This document shows, in pieces, positions 1 through 11,085 of a DNA stretch of 64,000 nucleotides. Under the pieces are notes generated by a model that ran no database searches, was not told the origin of the DNA, and was given only the letters and a program-made list of their open reading frames with translations. The translations under genes and the position numbers were made by a program. Where the stretch lies: assembly GCF_964204645.1 (NCBI RefSeq), contig NC_134035.1, forward strand, positions 9,146,451 to 9,210,450. The letters run 5' to 3'. The stretch is from Tubulanus polymorphus (Eukaryota; Animalia; Nemertea). Position 1 is the first letter of the stretch, and every line of letters starts with the position of its first letter.

Positions 1-3000
1 TTCGCGTTCCTTTTTCTCGTCGGGAAACCTGGGAGTGCACGCGAACCTGTCTCGCGGTGGATACCGAACATGTCCGAGCCGTTCGATCGTTTTCTCCTGT
101 TTGATGAGAATATTCTTATGAAATATCTGCACCCGGCGTCGGTTGATGTTCTCGGCGAGATTTTTCTTCGTCCATTCCAACGTTTCCGATTTGTCTTTCA
201 ACGCCTCTTCGCCTTTCGCTTCAAGTTCGGCCAATTCTTTTCGTTCTTCTTTCACCTTCCTTCTCAGTATCATAATTTCGTATCTAGAAAATTGCAACAA
301 TTAAATTGAATGCTTTTTTCTCGAACACAATTTACAGCATAATGTACACGGATGCAAAATACAAAATACAGTAAATTAGACTTGAACAGGCATGTAGAAA
401 CTAGGAAATAGTTTTATTTTGTCATTAACGTTACTACAAAAAATTATTAATGTCTATAATTCAGTTTGATTAGGGGATACATACATTAAGTAAACATTCG
501 ATAAGCTAAAGTAGTTTTTTTGTGATTCCTCAAATTTAATTGTCACTAATGTTATTCCACAGGTCCAGATATCTTTACTGAAACTTACCTCCTTCGAACA
601 ATATTAATCACTTTCAATGAAGAATGAAGTTACGTACTTCGCTGGTTAATGATTTAACCACTCACCTCCAGATATGTTTCTGTCGTCTCACTCGTACATA
701 ATCGTCATGTTTAACCGAATATTCTTCAGCTAAAACGACCAGCGAATCTCGCTCGCGGATGTTCTTCACCGCTAAGATCCACAAATCGTAACACGTCTGA
801 AAATCATCGTTCGAAATGGGAGTTAGCAGTTAAATTTTAGTTTTACATCTGGGCATGGGCGTATAAACCAAGGGTGGATCCAGGGTAACCTCATTTTCTT
901 AAAATTCTATAAAGAAATATGAATTATTCCCTCATGACAGCCATCAAATAGCATAGGAGAAAACCTAAATGTCACAATATTTTCGGCTCCTCCCACGTTT
1001 GGGTGCCCTTCGTGATTACTTTTGTGCCCTTCAGTACCCTGGTCCCCACCTTCCCCAAAATCCTGGCTCCGGCCTTGTTAACTTTGGTTCTTAGTACAAT
1101 GATCCGAGCAACCTCCAGTCATCAAGAATCTATGCACACACGCTTTACGTGGTTCATATATGTACGTACTTGCCTCCGAATGTACGACCGATACCCTCCC
1201 CCTCCTCTGAATCTCCCGATAGCCACTAAAGACACTGATACCAGTTGCCCCGATTCTTACCTCTGCACATTCCGGAAGTCTTCCTTCAACGAACACCTGT
1301 TCCATCAATACACGAACCAGTGGACCTTGATATAAATCCAAGCCTAACTCGCCCATCGATTTGATCCATCTGGCTATTCTGTAGTGGTGAAATTCGTTGC
1401 TACAAAATAATTATCAACGAGATCAGTATCAGGTATCCACGATGTTTTGTTCGCATATTGGACCTAATTCAATTGGTACATTAGAAACGCTTTTTCGTAG
1501 ATGAATTATTTTTCGAATAACAGTCGGAAAATTAATTAGTCCATTTACTCGTTAATCAAGGTCATTCGCTCTTTGAAATACGGTTTGAATTCAATTTCGC
1601 CGGTTTCCTTATCGACCAGTTCCAAACCATAAAACTCATAAAACATCAACATGATTTTGAAAGCTCGTTCGTACACTTCAGGTATCTTTCTGAGCGCCTG
1701 GAAGTAACGCATATATTGAATAAGTCGAGATGACTCGCTATATCCGTGTGTAAGAATATACGAGAGAAATCCCACAATAATTCAGTCAAAGATGAAAAGT
1801 TCTCGAGGGATAAATTATTGTGGGATTTCTTTCGTAAAACGTATTGAATGCCCCTTCTGCGTCGAGCTCGTTTTACGATGCGAAACTTACTTTGATTTCA
1901 TGACGTTGAAGAACGTGCAAGTATTCGTTTGGTCCTCTGTCAGCTGTAGGTGTAACCCTGTTATTGGAATCGTGTACATACATTCGGTAACGGTTTTAGA
2001 TATAGCCGACGTAAAAACTAAAATCTCAATGCAAATGTATCCGACTGGACCAAATTCGGTTTTCGTATCTAGTCGACTAGTGGTCGTAACCAATAACCGA
2101 ACGCGCTTGATTTTCGAACTATTTCCGGAATATAGTTCCGACTACCTGACATTCGGTTTCATTTAGTTCGACTATAGTCGACTAACTCAGATAACCGAAG
2201 GTGGCCCTGGAGAAAGTGAGCTGGTCAGATACAACTATTGGAGGTTGGGGCCATGGACTTCATCGAACTTTGTATGCACTAGGGAACTGACGCGTCAGAA
2301 GATAAACGCAGTAAAGCTGCGCAATAAATCGCGAGTGACGAGTAAAATTTAAATCCCACAATCACGAGATCGAAAAAGTTTTTAAAATATCGAACTATTA
2401 AAATTTATTAAGAACCCGAATTTTCGGCTTTACACTAAAAACCTTTTTCAAGTAATTTTTCGATCTCGTGATTGTGGGATTTATATTTCACGCATTTCAC
2501 CAATCGAAACTGCCTTAATACAGAGTGGACAAAAGAAAGAGCTAGATAGATTTGAGAGGAAGGGAAGAAATGTGATTATCAGACTTAATCTGGATTCTTA
2601 CCAATCGAAGTAAAACGTGTAACGATTTATTTTTGAGAAATCACCCACATATTCCTCCAAAATATCGTCAATGAATTCACCTATAATAATCGGAAGAGAA
2701 TTTATATTGAAATCAATGAGTTGGAAAGCTTCATATGAAATGCATTCGGGCACTACGTGAATGACTGAAAATGTATATACCATCTGGTTGATACGGCAGT
2801 TGATTCGTCCAGAACAGATAGTTATCTATCAATGACTTATCGTCTTTCCATTTCTACAAAACGAAGTCGTCATGCAACTATGGAAAATCTAAATCTTAAA
2901 CCACGCAATTTGCAAATCTGAGACCAGGCCTACTAGAGGTACAGACTCCATCTTAAATACTACACCAGACTCTAGACTCAAACCACACAGAAATATACCA

Positions 3001-3805
3001 CTCTAGCTAGCTACACGAGAAGACTGCGCCCAGCAACAATTACGACGCTGAATGTTACGCGCAGGCTAAAATCTGTTATCGAAGACGGATTTCAGATTAT
3101 TTTCCGTTAATTATTTCTGTTATATATTTCCTTAGGTATTTTTTCCGTTTATCTAAGCGCGCAAGGAGATTTAGCATCAAGCAATATCCATGAAGCCGAA
3201 TTTAAAATACACACCAGAGACTCTAGGCTTAAACTAAAAGCATGGGCGGATTCAAAGGAGGGTGCAGGTGTGCGCACCCCCAAAACGTGCCAAGTTTCCC
3301 TGCAATGTTATGAGAAAATGAAAAATATTAAACTGATTCCTAAAAAGTTTAAATTCATAAGCTTGCTCTGTGTATTTCCGAAAATGAGTTAATGCCCTAT
3401 TTTGGGGGTGCACTTATCCCTTACTCAGACCCTAGATCCGCCCCTAAAAAGAAGCATACGACTGTATATTGTATTTACCGGGTATCCCTGTCTGTAAGCC
3501 CTCATATCCTCTCCGATATAGAAATTATACCAGTGCACATTATTACGAATTACCAGCTGCAATTTAAAGAATAAAAATATCGCATTTTATTCAAAAATTC
3601 AAGGCGCCGAGGCAATGATTCACAAATATATCGGAATACCTGTTTTCCATCGTATCCTAAATCCGTGAACCATTTACTCATAGTTTGTCTAAACCCGTCC
3701 ATCCTGTGACATAGATCGAATGAAGTTTTGCCAGGACCACGAGCTGGTGGGTTTTTGCCGTTGTAATTATCTTCCCGGTACTTCCCCGTTGAATAATGCG
3801 ATCCA
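1..3805 (-). CDS. Opioid growth factor receptor (OGFr_N domain)-like protein, multi-exon, 3' end outside window, 5' end unresolved. Exons: ~3805-3640, 3556-3479, 2853-2781, 2680-2602, 1957-1891, 1697-1549, 1399-1261, 796-666, 283-<1
   Basis: The exons from 3640 downward have GT-AG boundaries and consistent phases. Spliced protein includes EDMRAYRQGYP / DNYLFWTNQLPYQPDG / EFIDDILEEYVGDFSKINRYTFYFDW / VTPTADRGPN / IMLMFYEFYGLELVDKETG / HHYRIARWIKSMGELGLDLYQGPLVR / CYDLWILAV. These blocks are collinear with OGFR/OGFRL1 conserved blocks (DMxRYRHNYP, NLSFY, IQWLFP, MLxFYGI, NNLRITRILKSLGELG). Confidence 0.88.
1764..1830. repeat. Internally deleted copy of the 35965 fold-back element
   Basis: gagaaatcccacaataattcagtcaaagatgaaaa matches 35965-36000 and closes with aattattgtgggatttct. 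Confidence 0.65.
2351..2481. repeat. Inverted-repeat element with AAATCCCACAAT termini
   Basis: aaatcccacaatcacgagatcgaaaaa ... tttttcgatctcgtgattgtgggattt. Confidence 0.7.
3241..3445. mobile_element. MITE with CAGGGGCGGATC-type termini; related copy at ~41009-41232
   Basis: catgggcggattc ... gatccgcccct. Shares aattcataagcttg and atgccctattt..gggg..tgcac with 41100-41232. Confidence 0.55.
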
Positions 3806-4727
3806 CTCAATCAAAATAATCAGATATAACGAATCAAAAGAATAATACGGGCATCGGCATCATTTTCATATGTTTTGGTTTATTTCGAGTAAAGTATGGA
3901 ATTGTGAAACATCGATAGTTTTGAAATGCCTCGAAAAATCGATAGTGCTTCACACTCTATCGGGGTTGTCAAATACATCGGGTTCGTCAAGAACCTACGC
4001 ACTAGATCTCTTCAGTGAGTCAAATGCAGCTGGTACTACTGGGCGCAGCTGGTACTACGCGAAATGCACGCCATAACCGCGATCACCGAGCATTGTTGGT
4101 CCAAAAACTGTGCACATGGCTTCCAAATTTGGCCCGACCAAATTCTTGCTTGGGTCAAATAAATTGCGTGTGAATTGGAACTGGTGCCGGGAGTGATTCG
4201 CTTCGCTTCGTTAAAGCATTGTTTAGTATGAACTATCTTTTTATAATTTGTTATACATCCTTTTTCCACATTCCGTTTCCGAAGTCCACGGTAGACTGCC
4301 ATCTGTTAAAATTTTTTTTGTAAAATTATATTTCCCATCAGACCAGTTTGAACAACTGTGATAAAGTAATGAATATATACTATATATACTATAGTATCGG
4401 GTCAGTGGATTATGTGTGAACGCGCTCTCTAATAAGGCACGGGCCTAATTTGACTGAGGCCCTGGTGCCGTGTACCTTTTCTTCACCTCTGTCCGTCAAA
4501 CAAACAATGACGTCATGACCTCTCCAGAGCGCAGCTTTTGGACTACCCATGATAAACCCATATCTGCGAGTGACTCATTTGATTTCTTTAGAAATGACAT
4601 ATAGGGCACAACTCCCCAAACTTCACTACCATACAGCGCATGAGGCAAAATTTTGAATTAATAAATATGAAAATTATTGCGCAATTTATCATTTAAAACA
4701 AAGGCTGTTTATTTTTAATGAATGAAC

Positions 4728-5876
4728 TCATTGGCCGAGTTGTTTTCGAGATTTGGCTGGTGATAGCACACACATATCTTGAACAGCTCTTTTAAACGTG
4801 TTGTTCGTCAGGAAGTATATGAAAAAATTGCCGCAAGAATCGAATACGGTTAAACCGATCGCTATTTTTCTCAAGACCATCGTCGACTCGTATTGACTGA
4901 GACTTTTGAAGAAGCGCACTCGTATATAGCCTTTGTAATAAAGCCGATCGAAGAACGTGAACGACTCGCATGCGATGTAGTTCAGAACTATGGCGAAGGC
5001 CATTTGCAGCGCTCGTTGTTCCTTCGCGGTGGTGGGAGTCGATTTGGAAACTATGAAACGGCGCTTCAAACGACTGACGATCATTGCCGTGATTAAAACC
5101 ACGTTAATGACGATCAATTTAAACATCGGTACTATCGCCGTCAAGTAACTGGAACCTGTATTGTCGGAAAACCTCCACCAAGCTGACACAATCGGGTTGA
5201 CGGATCCCTCTTTATGTTTAACAAACGTAGCCAAACCCGCCGTACACGACACCGGTCGAAGGCTCCAGGCTGGTATGAAATTCGGCATGTAAACGAGAAG
5301 TGAGAAAACGTTTAGAATGAATAGTATCGCGTTGACGGTTTTTCGTGTCCAAAATAGACGATGTTTCAACGGGAAAAGTACGACGACTAAACGCTCGAAA
5401 CTGATAAGCACAACGGTCCAATTCCTGATCAGTAAAAACACGCGATAGAACCCGATAAACGGATAAATGAATTCCCAGCCGTAGTACCAATCATCGCGCC
5501 GAATTATGATATCACCGAGTGCGTTGAATATGTGAATCGTTCTCAACGGAAACATGAAAAATACGGAAACCGAGTATAGTATATCATAAGCGGCGAGAAC
5601 TTTGATCAGGTAATAAACCGCATTATTCATTCGACGGAGAATTATCAAAGTGAATACGTTTAGGACGATTCCAGAAAACGAAGTCGGTCCGTACAATCCC
5701 AGATACAAATAGACGCTGAATTCGTATTCCCATTTGACGGTTCGAGCGCGCCATTCATCGCATTCGAGACGAGTCGTCAGATTTATCATCTTCGATGGGT
5801 ATATCACGCATAACGTGTAACTATATCGTTTCTCTTTTGTAGGTATCGCGATAATATTGGATTCAGCCGAATACAT
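4728..5876 (-). CDS. Intronless class A (rhodopsin-like) GPCR, FMRFamide-receptor-like/Srw-type orphan receptor; start at ATG 5876 or ATG 5789
   Basis: Seven hydrophobic segments. TM1 GIVLN, TM2 LAAYD, TM3 WTVVLISFERLVVVLFPL (ERL for DRY), TM7 DSCGNFFIYFL followed by an FKRA helix 8. The ORF-track start at 5885 is TTG. Confidence 0.9.
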   Translation of the reverse strand: MYSAESNIIAIPTKEKRYSYTLCVIYPSKMINLTTRLECDEWRARTVKWEYEFSVYLYLGLYGPTSFSGIVLNVFTLIILRRMNNAVYYLIKVLAAYDILYSVSVFFMFPLRTIHIFNALGDIIIRRDDWYYGWEFIYPFIGFYRVFLLIRNWTVVLISFERLVVVLFPLKHRLFWTRKTVNAILFILNVFSLLVYMPNFIPAWSLRPVSCTAGLATFVKHKEGSVNPIVSAWWRFSDNTGSSYLTAIVPMFKLIVINVVLITAMIVSRLKRRFIVSKSTPTTAKEQRALQMAFAIVLNYIACESFTFFDRLYYKGYIRVRFFKSLSQYESTMVLRKIAIGLTVFDSCGNFFIYFLTNNTFKRAVQDMCVLSPAKSRKQLGQ

Positions 5877-6046
5877 GACACGCAAACTTGCGTGAAAAAC
5901 ATGGAAACATTTCTATCAACATATCTACTATCTTATTACGCCTGATTCGTGTTGGAGATATAGAATTGCCATTTGAAATATTTATTTGAATTAGGTTCAT
6001 AAATTTTAGATTTTAAAAACTACCGTCAACATTATTTTGCATTCTA

Positions 6047-6213
6047 CATTGAAACCATAACGAACTCGGATACAACGATTCATCGGATATAACAAATATT
6101 CGTCCCAAGTAAGTAAGTAAATTTGATTGATTTCATACTGGATATAACGAACTATCGGTAAAAACAAACATATTTTCTGGTCCCGTGAAGTTCGCTGTAC
6201 CAAAGTTCCACTG
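6047..6213. mobile_element. Diverged, oppositely oriented copy of the 17090 MITE
   Basis: ataacgaactcggatacaacgattcat, tcccaagtaag and gtgaagttcgctgta..gttccactg|TA are reverse complements of segments in 17090-17268. Confidence 0.6.
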
Positions 6214-6493
6214 TACCAAGCGTATGAAAAATTGAAGTATTAGCTTTTCGCCCCCAGCCCTTCTTCGTGATCGTCTCGATTTCAATATGTCTTGGCTGGC
6301 CTGGGCACCTAGCAATTACTAGCATTGTTCTACGACGTGTTAACCCAGAGTACTGGCATATCATATATCCATTTATTTCGTAAAATGGATAGAACCAGTA
6401 TTAACGGTATTCAATGACTTTGCGTTCTGATTGTCGCGTTAGGACAATACGGTTTAAAGACCCTGCTGGTTCGGTCGGTAAAACAACCCGTAT

Positions 6494-6541
6494 GTAAACA
6501 TACGGTTGACAGTGTAGCTTGTAGTCGCGTTGCCACGCTAC
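6494..6541 (+). promoter_or_regulatory. Candidate Forkhead site (GTAAACA) plus imperfect RFX X-box (GTTGCCACGCTAC) upstream of the 101-aa gene
   Basis: GTAAACA at 6494-6500. GTTGCCACGCTAC at 6529-6541 has a strong GTTGCC half-site and a degenerate second half. Both lie 170-215 bp upstream of the ATG. Confidence 0.35.
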
Positions 6542-6707
6542 CCGACGGCTAACTGTTTCAGTAAACCAGTACTCAGTGTATGCACACGGGAACTGATAGT
6601 TAGATATTAATCGGTGGACGTTACTAACGGTTTTCGTAGAGACGATTCGTATCACAGAAATACCGTCCGAAATACGTAGTCAGAATTACGTATAATCAAC
6701 CACCGAA

Positions 6708-7972
6708 ATGGCCGAAAAGAAAGTAGAATTGAACACGACGAGTACACAAACTGAAAAACAGCCCAAGTAAGTCATTGATGTCGTAATGTTGTTCATCATC
6801 ACAGGTGCTTGGCTATCTAGTTGGATTGCAATGCACATGTAGTTAAGATTTGAATTTTTCTGATGCTTTTATTAGTTCAAAATCAAAGGTTTTATGCACC
6901 ATGCTGTAAATTATATTTGAAAAATAAAGCGTTCATTCATTCATTCATAGCAGTCTAGAAATGTCGGTTTTTGGTTACCGGTATTTGTTTCGCATTGACT
7001 CTTATTCATTCGACGTATACTGACTTAATGATTTTTCAAACATTACATACGTAATTGGTAGCAATGCTTAAACGTATATACGATATGCGCGTATGATTCC
7101 GTCCTATGGGAAGAATCTGGCGCGATGATTTTTCCTAAAAGAGAAAGTTCTGATCATGTTTTTTCTTGTTTCTTTTATTTCCAGCTACCAAAGTGATTAT
7201 TGTAGTTACACTTGTACGAACAGCATGTTTAACGTAAGTACATGAAGAAAACTGGGTTTACAATTACCAGAAACATGGAAACATTTCATATGGCTACCTG
7301 CTTGAAGACTGGATATTAAAAACAAGAAAACTGACAGTTTATTGAAAAATATCACACATATATTTCGAAATATTGTCCACAATAAATTCAATCATTCATT
7401 GATATATATGATATGACGGACCAATAAGGTTATTTAGAATTTGAATTTATCGATAATTGAATTGAATTGACCGGCAACCAGTCTCGCCCCGATATATCGA
7501 TAACGCAGAGCACGTCCTCTCAAAAATAATCATTAAGATTTAACAAAAATACAATAAGATTTATTGAATATATCTATTTACAAAATAAACGCAACAATAT
7601 TCACAATAGTAATTTTTATTTTGATACGCCAATATTGATGACGTAGAGCGCATCGACTCGCACAGAACCAATCAAATAGCAAATACTACGTATCAAAGAC
7701 AATCTGTAACGGTTTTTACGGCGTTAAAAATATTGCATAAAATTTCTCAATGTGTCATGATTCAATATTTCTAGCCGACTGTAACAAAGAAACGACCGTA
7801 CACGATATATCCGGATTGGAAGTCTGAGACTCTATCGCAGCCCTATCGTCGCCAGCCGTGGGTGTGGGAGGATGCGAATACGCCGCTAGGGGCCGGAGTG
7901 GCGAACTGGATGCCGTTAACAGGAGTAGCTGAAAAACCGCCCTATCATCCGTATTCACCGCAGAAACGATAG
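6708..7972 (+). CDS. Uncharacterised 101-aa protein, 3 exons (6708-6766, 7185-7233, 7775-7972)
   Basis: ATG context GAAATGG. Donors AA|gtaagt and AAC|gtaagt; acceptors tttcttttatttccag and aatatttctag. Phases 2 and 0 join into one open frame: MAEKKVELNTTSTQTEKQPNYQSDYCSYTCTNSMFNPTVTKKRPYTIYPDWKSETLSQPYRRQPWVWEDANTPLGAGVANWMPLTGVAEKPPYHPYSPQKR*. Confidence 0.8.
7455..7730 (-). repeat. Interspersed repeat with (TTCAA)n tail; inverted copy at 47098-47347
   Basis: aattgaattgaattgaccggcaaccagtc and tgtaacggtttttacggcg are reverse complements of gactggttgccggtcaattcaattcaatt and cgccgtaaaaaccgttaca at 47 kb. Confidence 0.7.
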
Positions 7973-8928
7973 CCATGTTAAAAAGCTTTAATGATAAAAG
8001 ACACTGACTGAATACTGAATAAGATCTATTAATTTAGAATGATAATTCCCGATTTATAAAATCCCCAGTTTATAGAAATTTAGAAAGGAACCAAAAACAG
8101 AGATTTTTATTATTTTTCATGAATTCTGTATTTTCCACTTTCCAATTCTATAAGGCCTAATGGGTTTTTATAAGTCCGCCACGTTCCAACGTGGTACCTG
8201 ACGATTTTCAAAATATTTGTGTCGATATTTGTTTGTCTATTGATTGTTTGTTTGAATGTTTCTTTTTTTGTATATTTGTTTATTGATGATCTCATAGTAT
8301 CAATATGTTAGAAAATAAAACACGGAAAAATATCGAATATAATGAGACACACGTGATTTTTGTATTATGAATCGGATCTTTTCGAGTGCTTCCTCATTTG
8401 CTATTCATACTCATTTTACAGTTCGTTGTTCATGGTGTTGTTGTTTCAAATTGCCGTTACAGTACAAAAAAAACCATTTTACAGTTGCTAGCCGCCATTT
8501 TGTTCAGGGTACTTATGTCCTGCGTTGTTGGGTCATTTCCTCCCTTATTGGAAACTATTCGTGATTCGTGTTTTATTATATTTCACCGGTTTTAATGGAT
8601 TTTGACAATTTCGGCAACATTCAAACCTGTGTGTGAATCTCGAGTTTTCGGTAGATTCATCTGTCAATTTTTAATTTGCAACAATGCGACATGAAAACGA
8701 TATAAAAAACACACGCGTATGAATTCAGGGATACTGAACTTTAAAGTTCGTTATTTTTAGAATCAATATTCCCAAAAATCTATCAATTTCAGGAACTTTG
8801 TGCACTTTCAGGCGAAATTTGAAATTTAAAGATATCTTGCCTAGTTTTCATTGTATAGCTTTTCAACTGTATCTATCGTCATTTCGGGCTTCGGCGCTGT
8901 TTTCAATGCGTGTATTTCAGAATATTGA

Positions 8929-11085
8929 CTACAGGTCTTCGTCGTCATCGCCATCGCCCTGTTCTAGATACGAATCGGTCATCATGAGTAACCGTCCTTC
9001 GGTAACTTCGTCTTTCAATATACTAGACACCGGTTTGCTGAATTTGCGTCGGAAACAGACGAATAACGCGGTATAGACGATAAGCATCACGATGGATACA
9101 AGCGCCGCGTGCAGACCAAACGCGGCGACGGCGAATCTGACGTTCGCGGGATCGGAACGATTGTAAACTGGGTTCACATCAGTACCTACAATATTCAACC
9201 GGATCGAACATATGAAAAACTATTGTAGAATTTGGCAACAAATTGGTGGAAATTGATTGATTGTTTGTTTTCAAGCTTATATCTGCTGCTATCTCTAATT
9301 TTGTTGACAAAACGTACTCATGAACATAAACACAAGTTAAATTAACCTAATCATAGAAAAAAATATCAAAATATACAAATGACAATAGTTACACTGTTAA
9401 GTCTCCCCGATTCTAATGATTAATGTATACACAGAATATTGTTATAAGTTTTTAGAAAGTTTTCTGATGAAAAGAGGTTTACATATATTCACCTGGAAAT
9501 CCATTCGGTTTATACAAAACGAATGCGACATGCATGAACCAACTGCCGGTCAGTATGATCAGGAAGGTGCGCCCGACAGCGGGTAGAATACCGTTCCGAT
9601 ATACGTTCTCTACCAGGAGGCAAAACGCCGCCCCGATCAGAACGGGTGCTGGTAGGAGTTGAACGACCGCTTGTAACGTCTCGACGCTACCGGTCGGAGT
9701 GTAGGCGTGATGGAGCGACCCGAGACCGAGCCATAGGAAAGCTAGAACTAGCGTAAGGTAATCGATTCCGTCGGGATACGCGACCCATTCTGACGTGGTC
9801 AACAGATCGACGAAGCCATGTACGACGAATAGGCTGAATACTGATGTAGCCTGCAGTTGATCGAGGCTAGTATAATTGCCGTTTTTCACGAAAGTCCATT
9901 TTGCACTAGAGCAACTCGCAAGCAATCCTGAAGATAAATGTTTAATACAGGCATTACACGAAAACCGTATATAATACATACATCCATTCACATAGACCAT
10001 AATACAATGAGTTTTTCAAAACGTCATTTCACCTCGTTTGATATTAATGGTTTTTCAACTATACATTTCGCATTAGATGAACATTAAATTTTTAAGACGT
10101 TTGTATTCATTCGAGTACATAACATAAGACTTACAGGAAATACATATATATTTTCAATTTCGAATACCGGGACCTCTAACGATATACGTACCGATAAATG
10201 GAAATGCTATTTTCAGAGTTTGTTCGATTGGTAACTGTCGTTTCTTGATGTTACTCGGAAAACTGAGTCGATTCGTGTAAGGATTTGTGCAATAGATCGA
10301 CTGCAAAAACAACAATATACGGAGAAATGTCCGGACACCACTTAACGCGAGATGCTGCTTATGAAAAACTGTTAGCTTCCATTGGGGGAAAAGATAACGC
10401 CCGGTAATGAACAAGTCAAAGTTGAACATTTTAGATCCTTATTTCTTACATTTTAGATAATAAGAACCCACTATTAATATTAACAGATTAAAAGTATTAA
10501 AACCGATAATTTATTGAATAAAAAAAAATATATTAAATGACACGACGTTTCGATCTCAACCTAGAGATCTTCTAGAAAATATTGTTGACATGTGTCGGCT
10601 GTAGCCCATGTTGCCTTCATCAGAACAAAATTAGAACTAAGTCAAAGACCATATGAGTAACTGACGTAGAATTGAGATGAGAAGAATTTGACAGAATAAT
10701 TGAACAAGGTATGATAAAGCGTTTAGAAAATTGACAAGGCATTTGAAGATCCACTATTAGTAAGCTGTTTGTTCAGGGAAGGATTGTTTGATTTTAGGAA
10801 TATAGTGCTTCATAATTGTTCTGATGAAAGCAACAAGGATTACAGCCGAAACATGTCAACATGGTTCACAGCCGAAACATGTCAACACTATTATTGCATG
10901 TATATGCAAATATAGCAAAAAAAGCATCTAAAATGTTCGCCTTGGCGTTTTGTTTACAAAAGATAACTTCATCGCTTTATGACGTAACTTACTTCGAAAT
11001 ATCGCTTTAATATGTTAAGAAACCACCACAGTCCAACGAGAATAAAATATACACTTAGATTGATATAGCCGTGAAATGAATCCAT
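8929..11085 (-). CDS. TMEM45: Transmembrane protein 45 (DUF716)-like, 4 exons (11085-10993, 10300-10192, 9927-9493, 9185-8929), ~297 aa
   Basis: Spliced ORF of 894 nt with GT-AG introns. MDSFHGY..FILVGLWW, GFVDLL, GIDYL, RTFLIILTGSWFMHVAFVLY and ANVRF..FGLH are collinear with TMEM45A/B motifs ([38 protein letters not shown]..CWH). Confidence 0.88.
10583..10627 (-). ncRNA. Inverted partner hammerhead motif (core GAAA mutated to GACA)
   Basis: Minus strand UGUU CUGAUGA A GGC..GCC GACAC AUGUC AACA, an inverted repeat of 10817-10861. Confidence 0.55.
10817..10861 (+). ncRNA. Minimal hammerhead ribozyme motif in TMEM45 intron 1
   Basis: UGUU CUGAUGA A AGC..loop..GCC GAA ACAUGU C AACA: stem I UGUU/AACA, palindromic stem III, one mismatch in stem II. 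Confidence 0.65.

Noticed and set aside
3870-4560. Possible further 5' exons of the OGFR-like gene (e.g. VLDEPDVFDNPDR, MAVYRGLRKR, MGSPKAALW)
   Set aside because: Could not be joined with consistent phases and good splice sites.
4728-5876. GPCR as the cognate FMRIamide receptor
   Set aside because: Proximity (35 kb) is the only argument; motif degeneration points to an expanded orphan family.
7755-7976. 73-aa minus-strand ORF
   Set aside because: Antisense to exon 3 of the spliced 101-aa gene, which has splice-site support.
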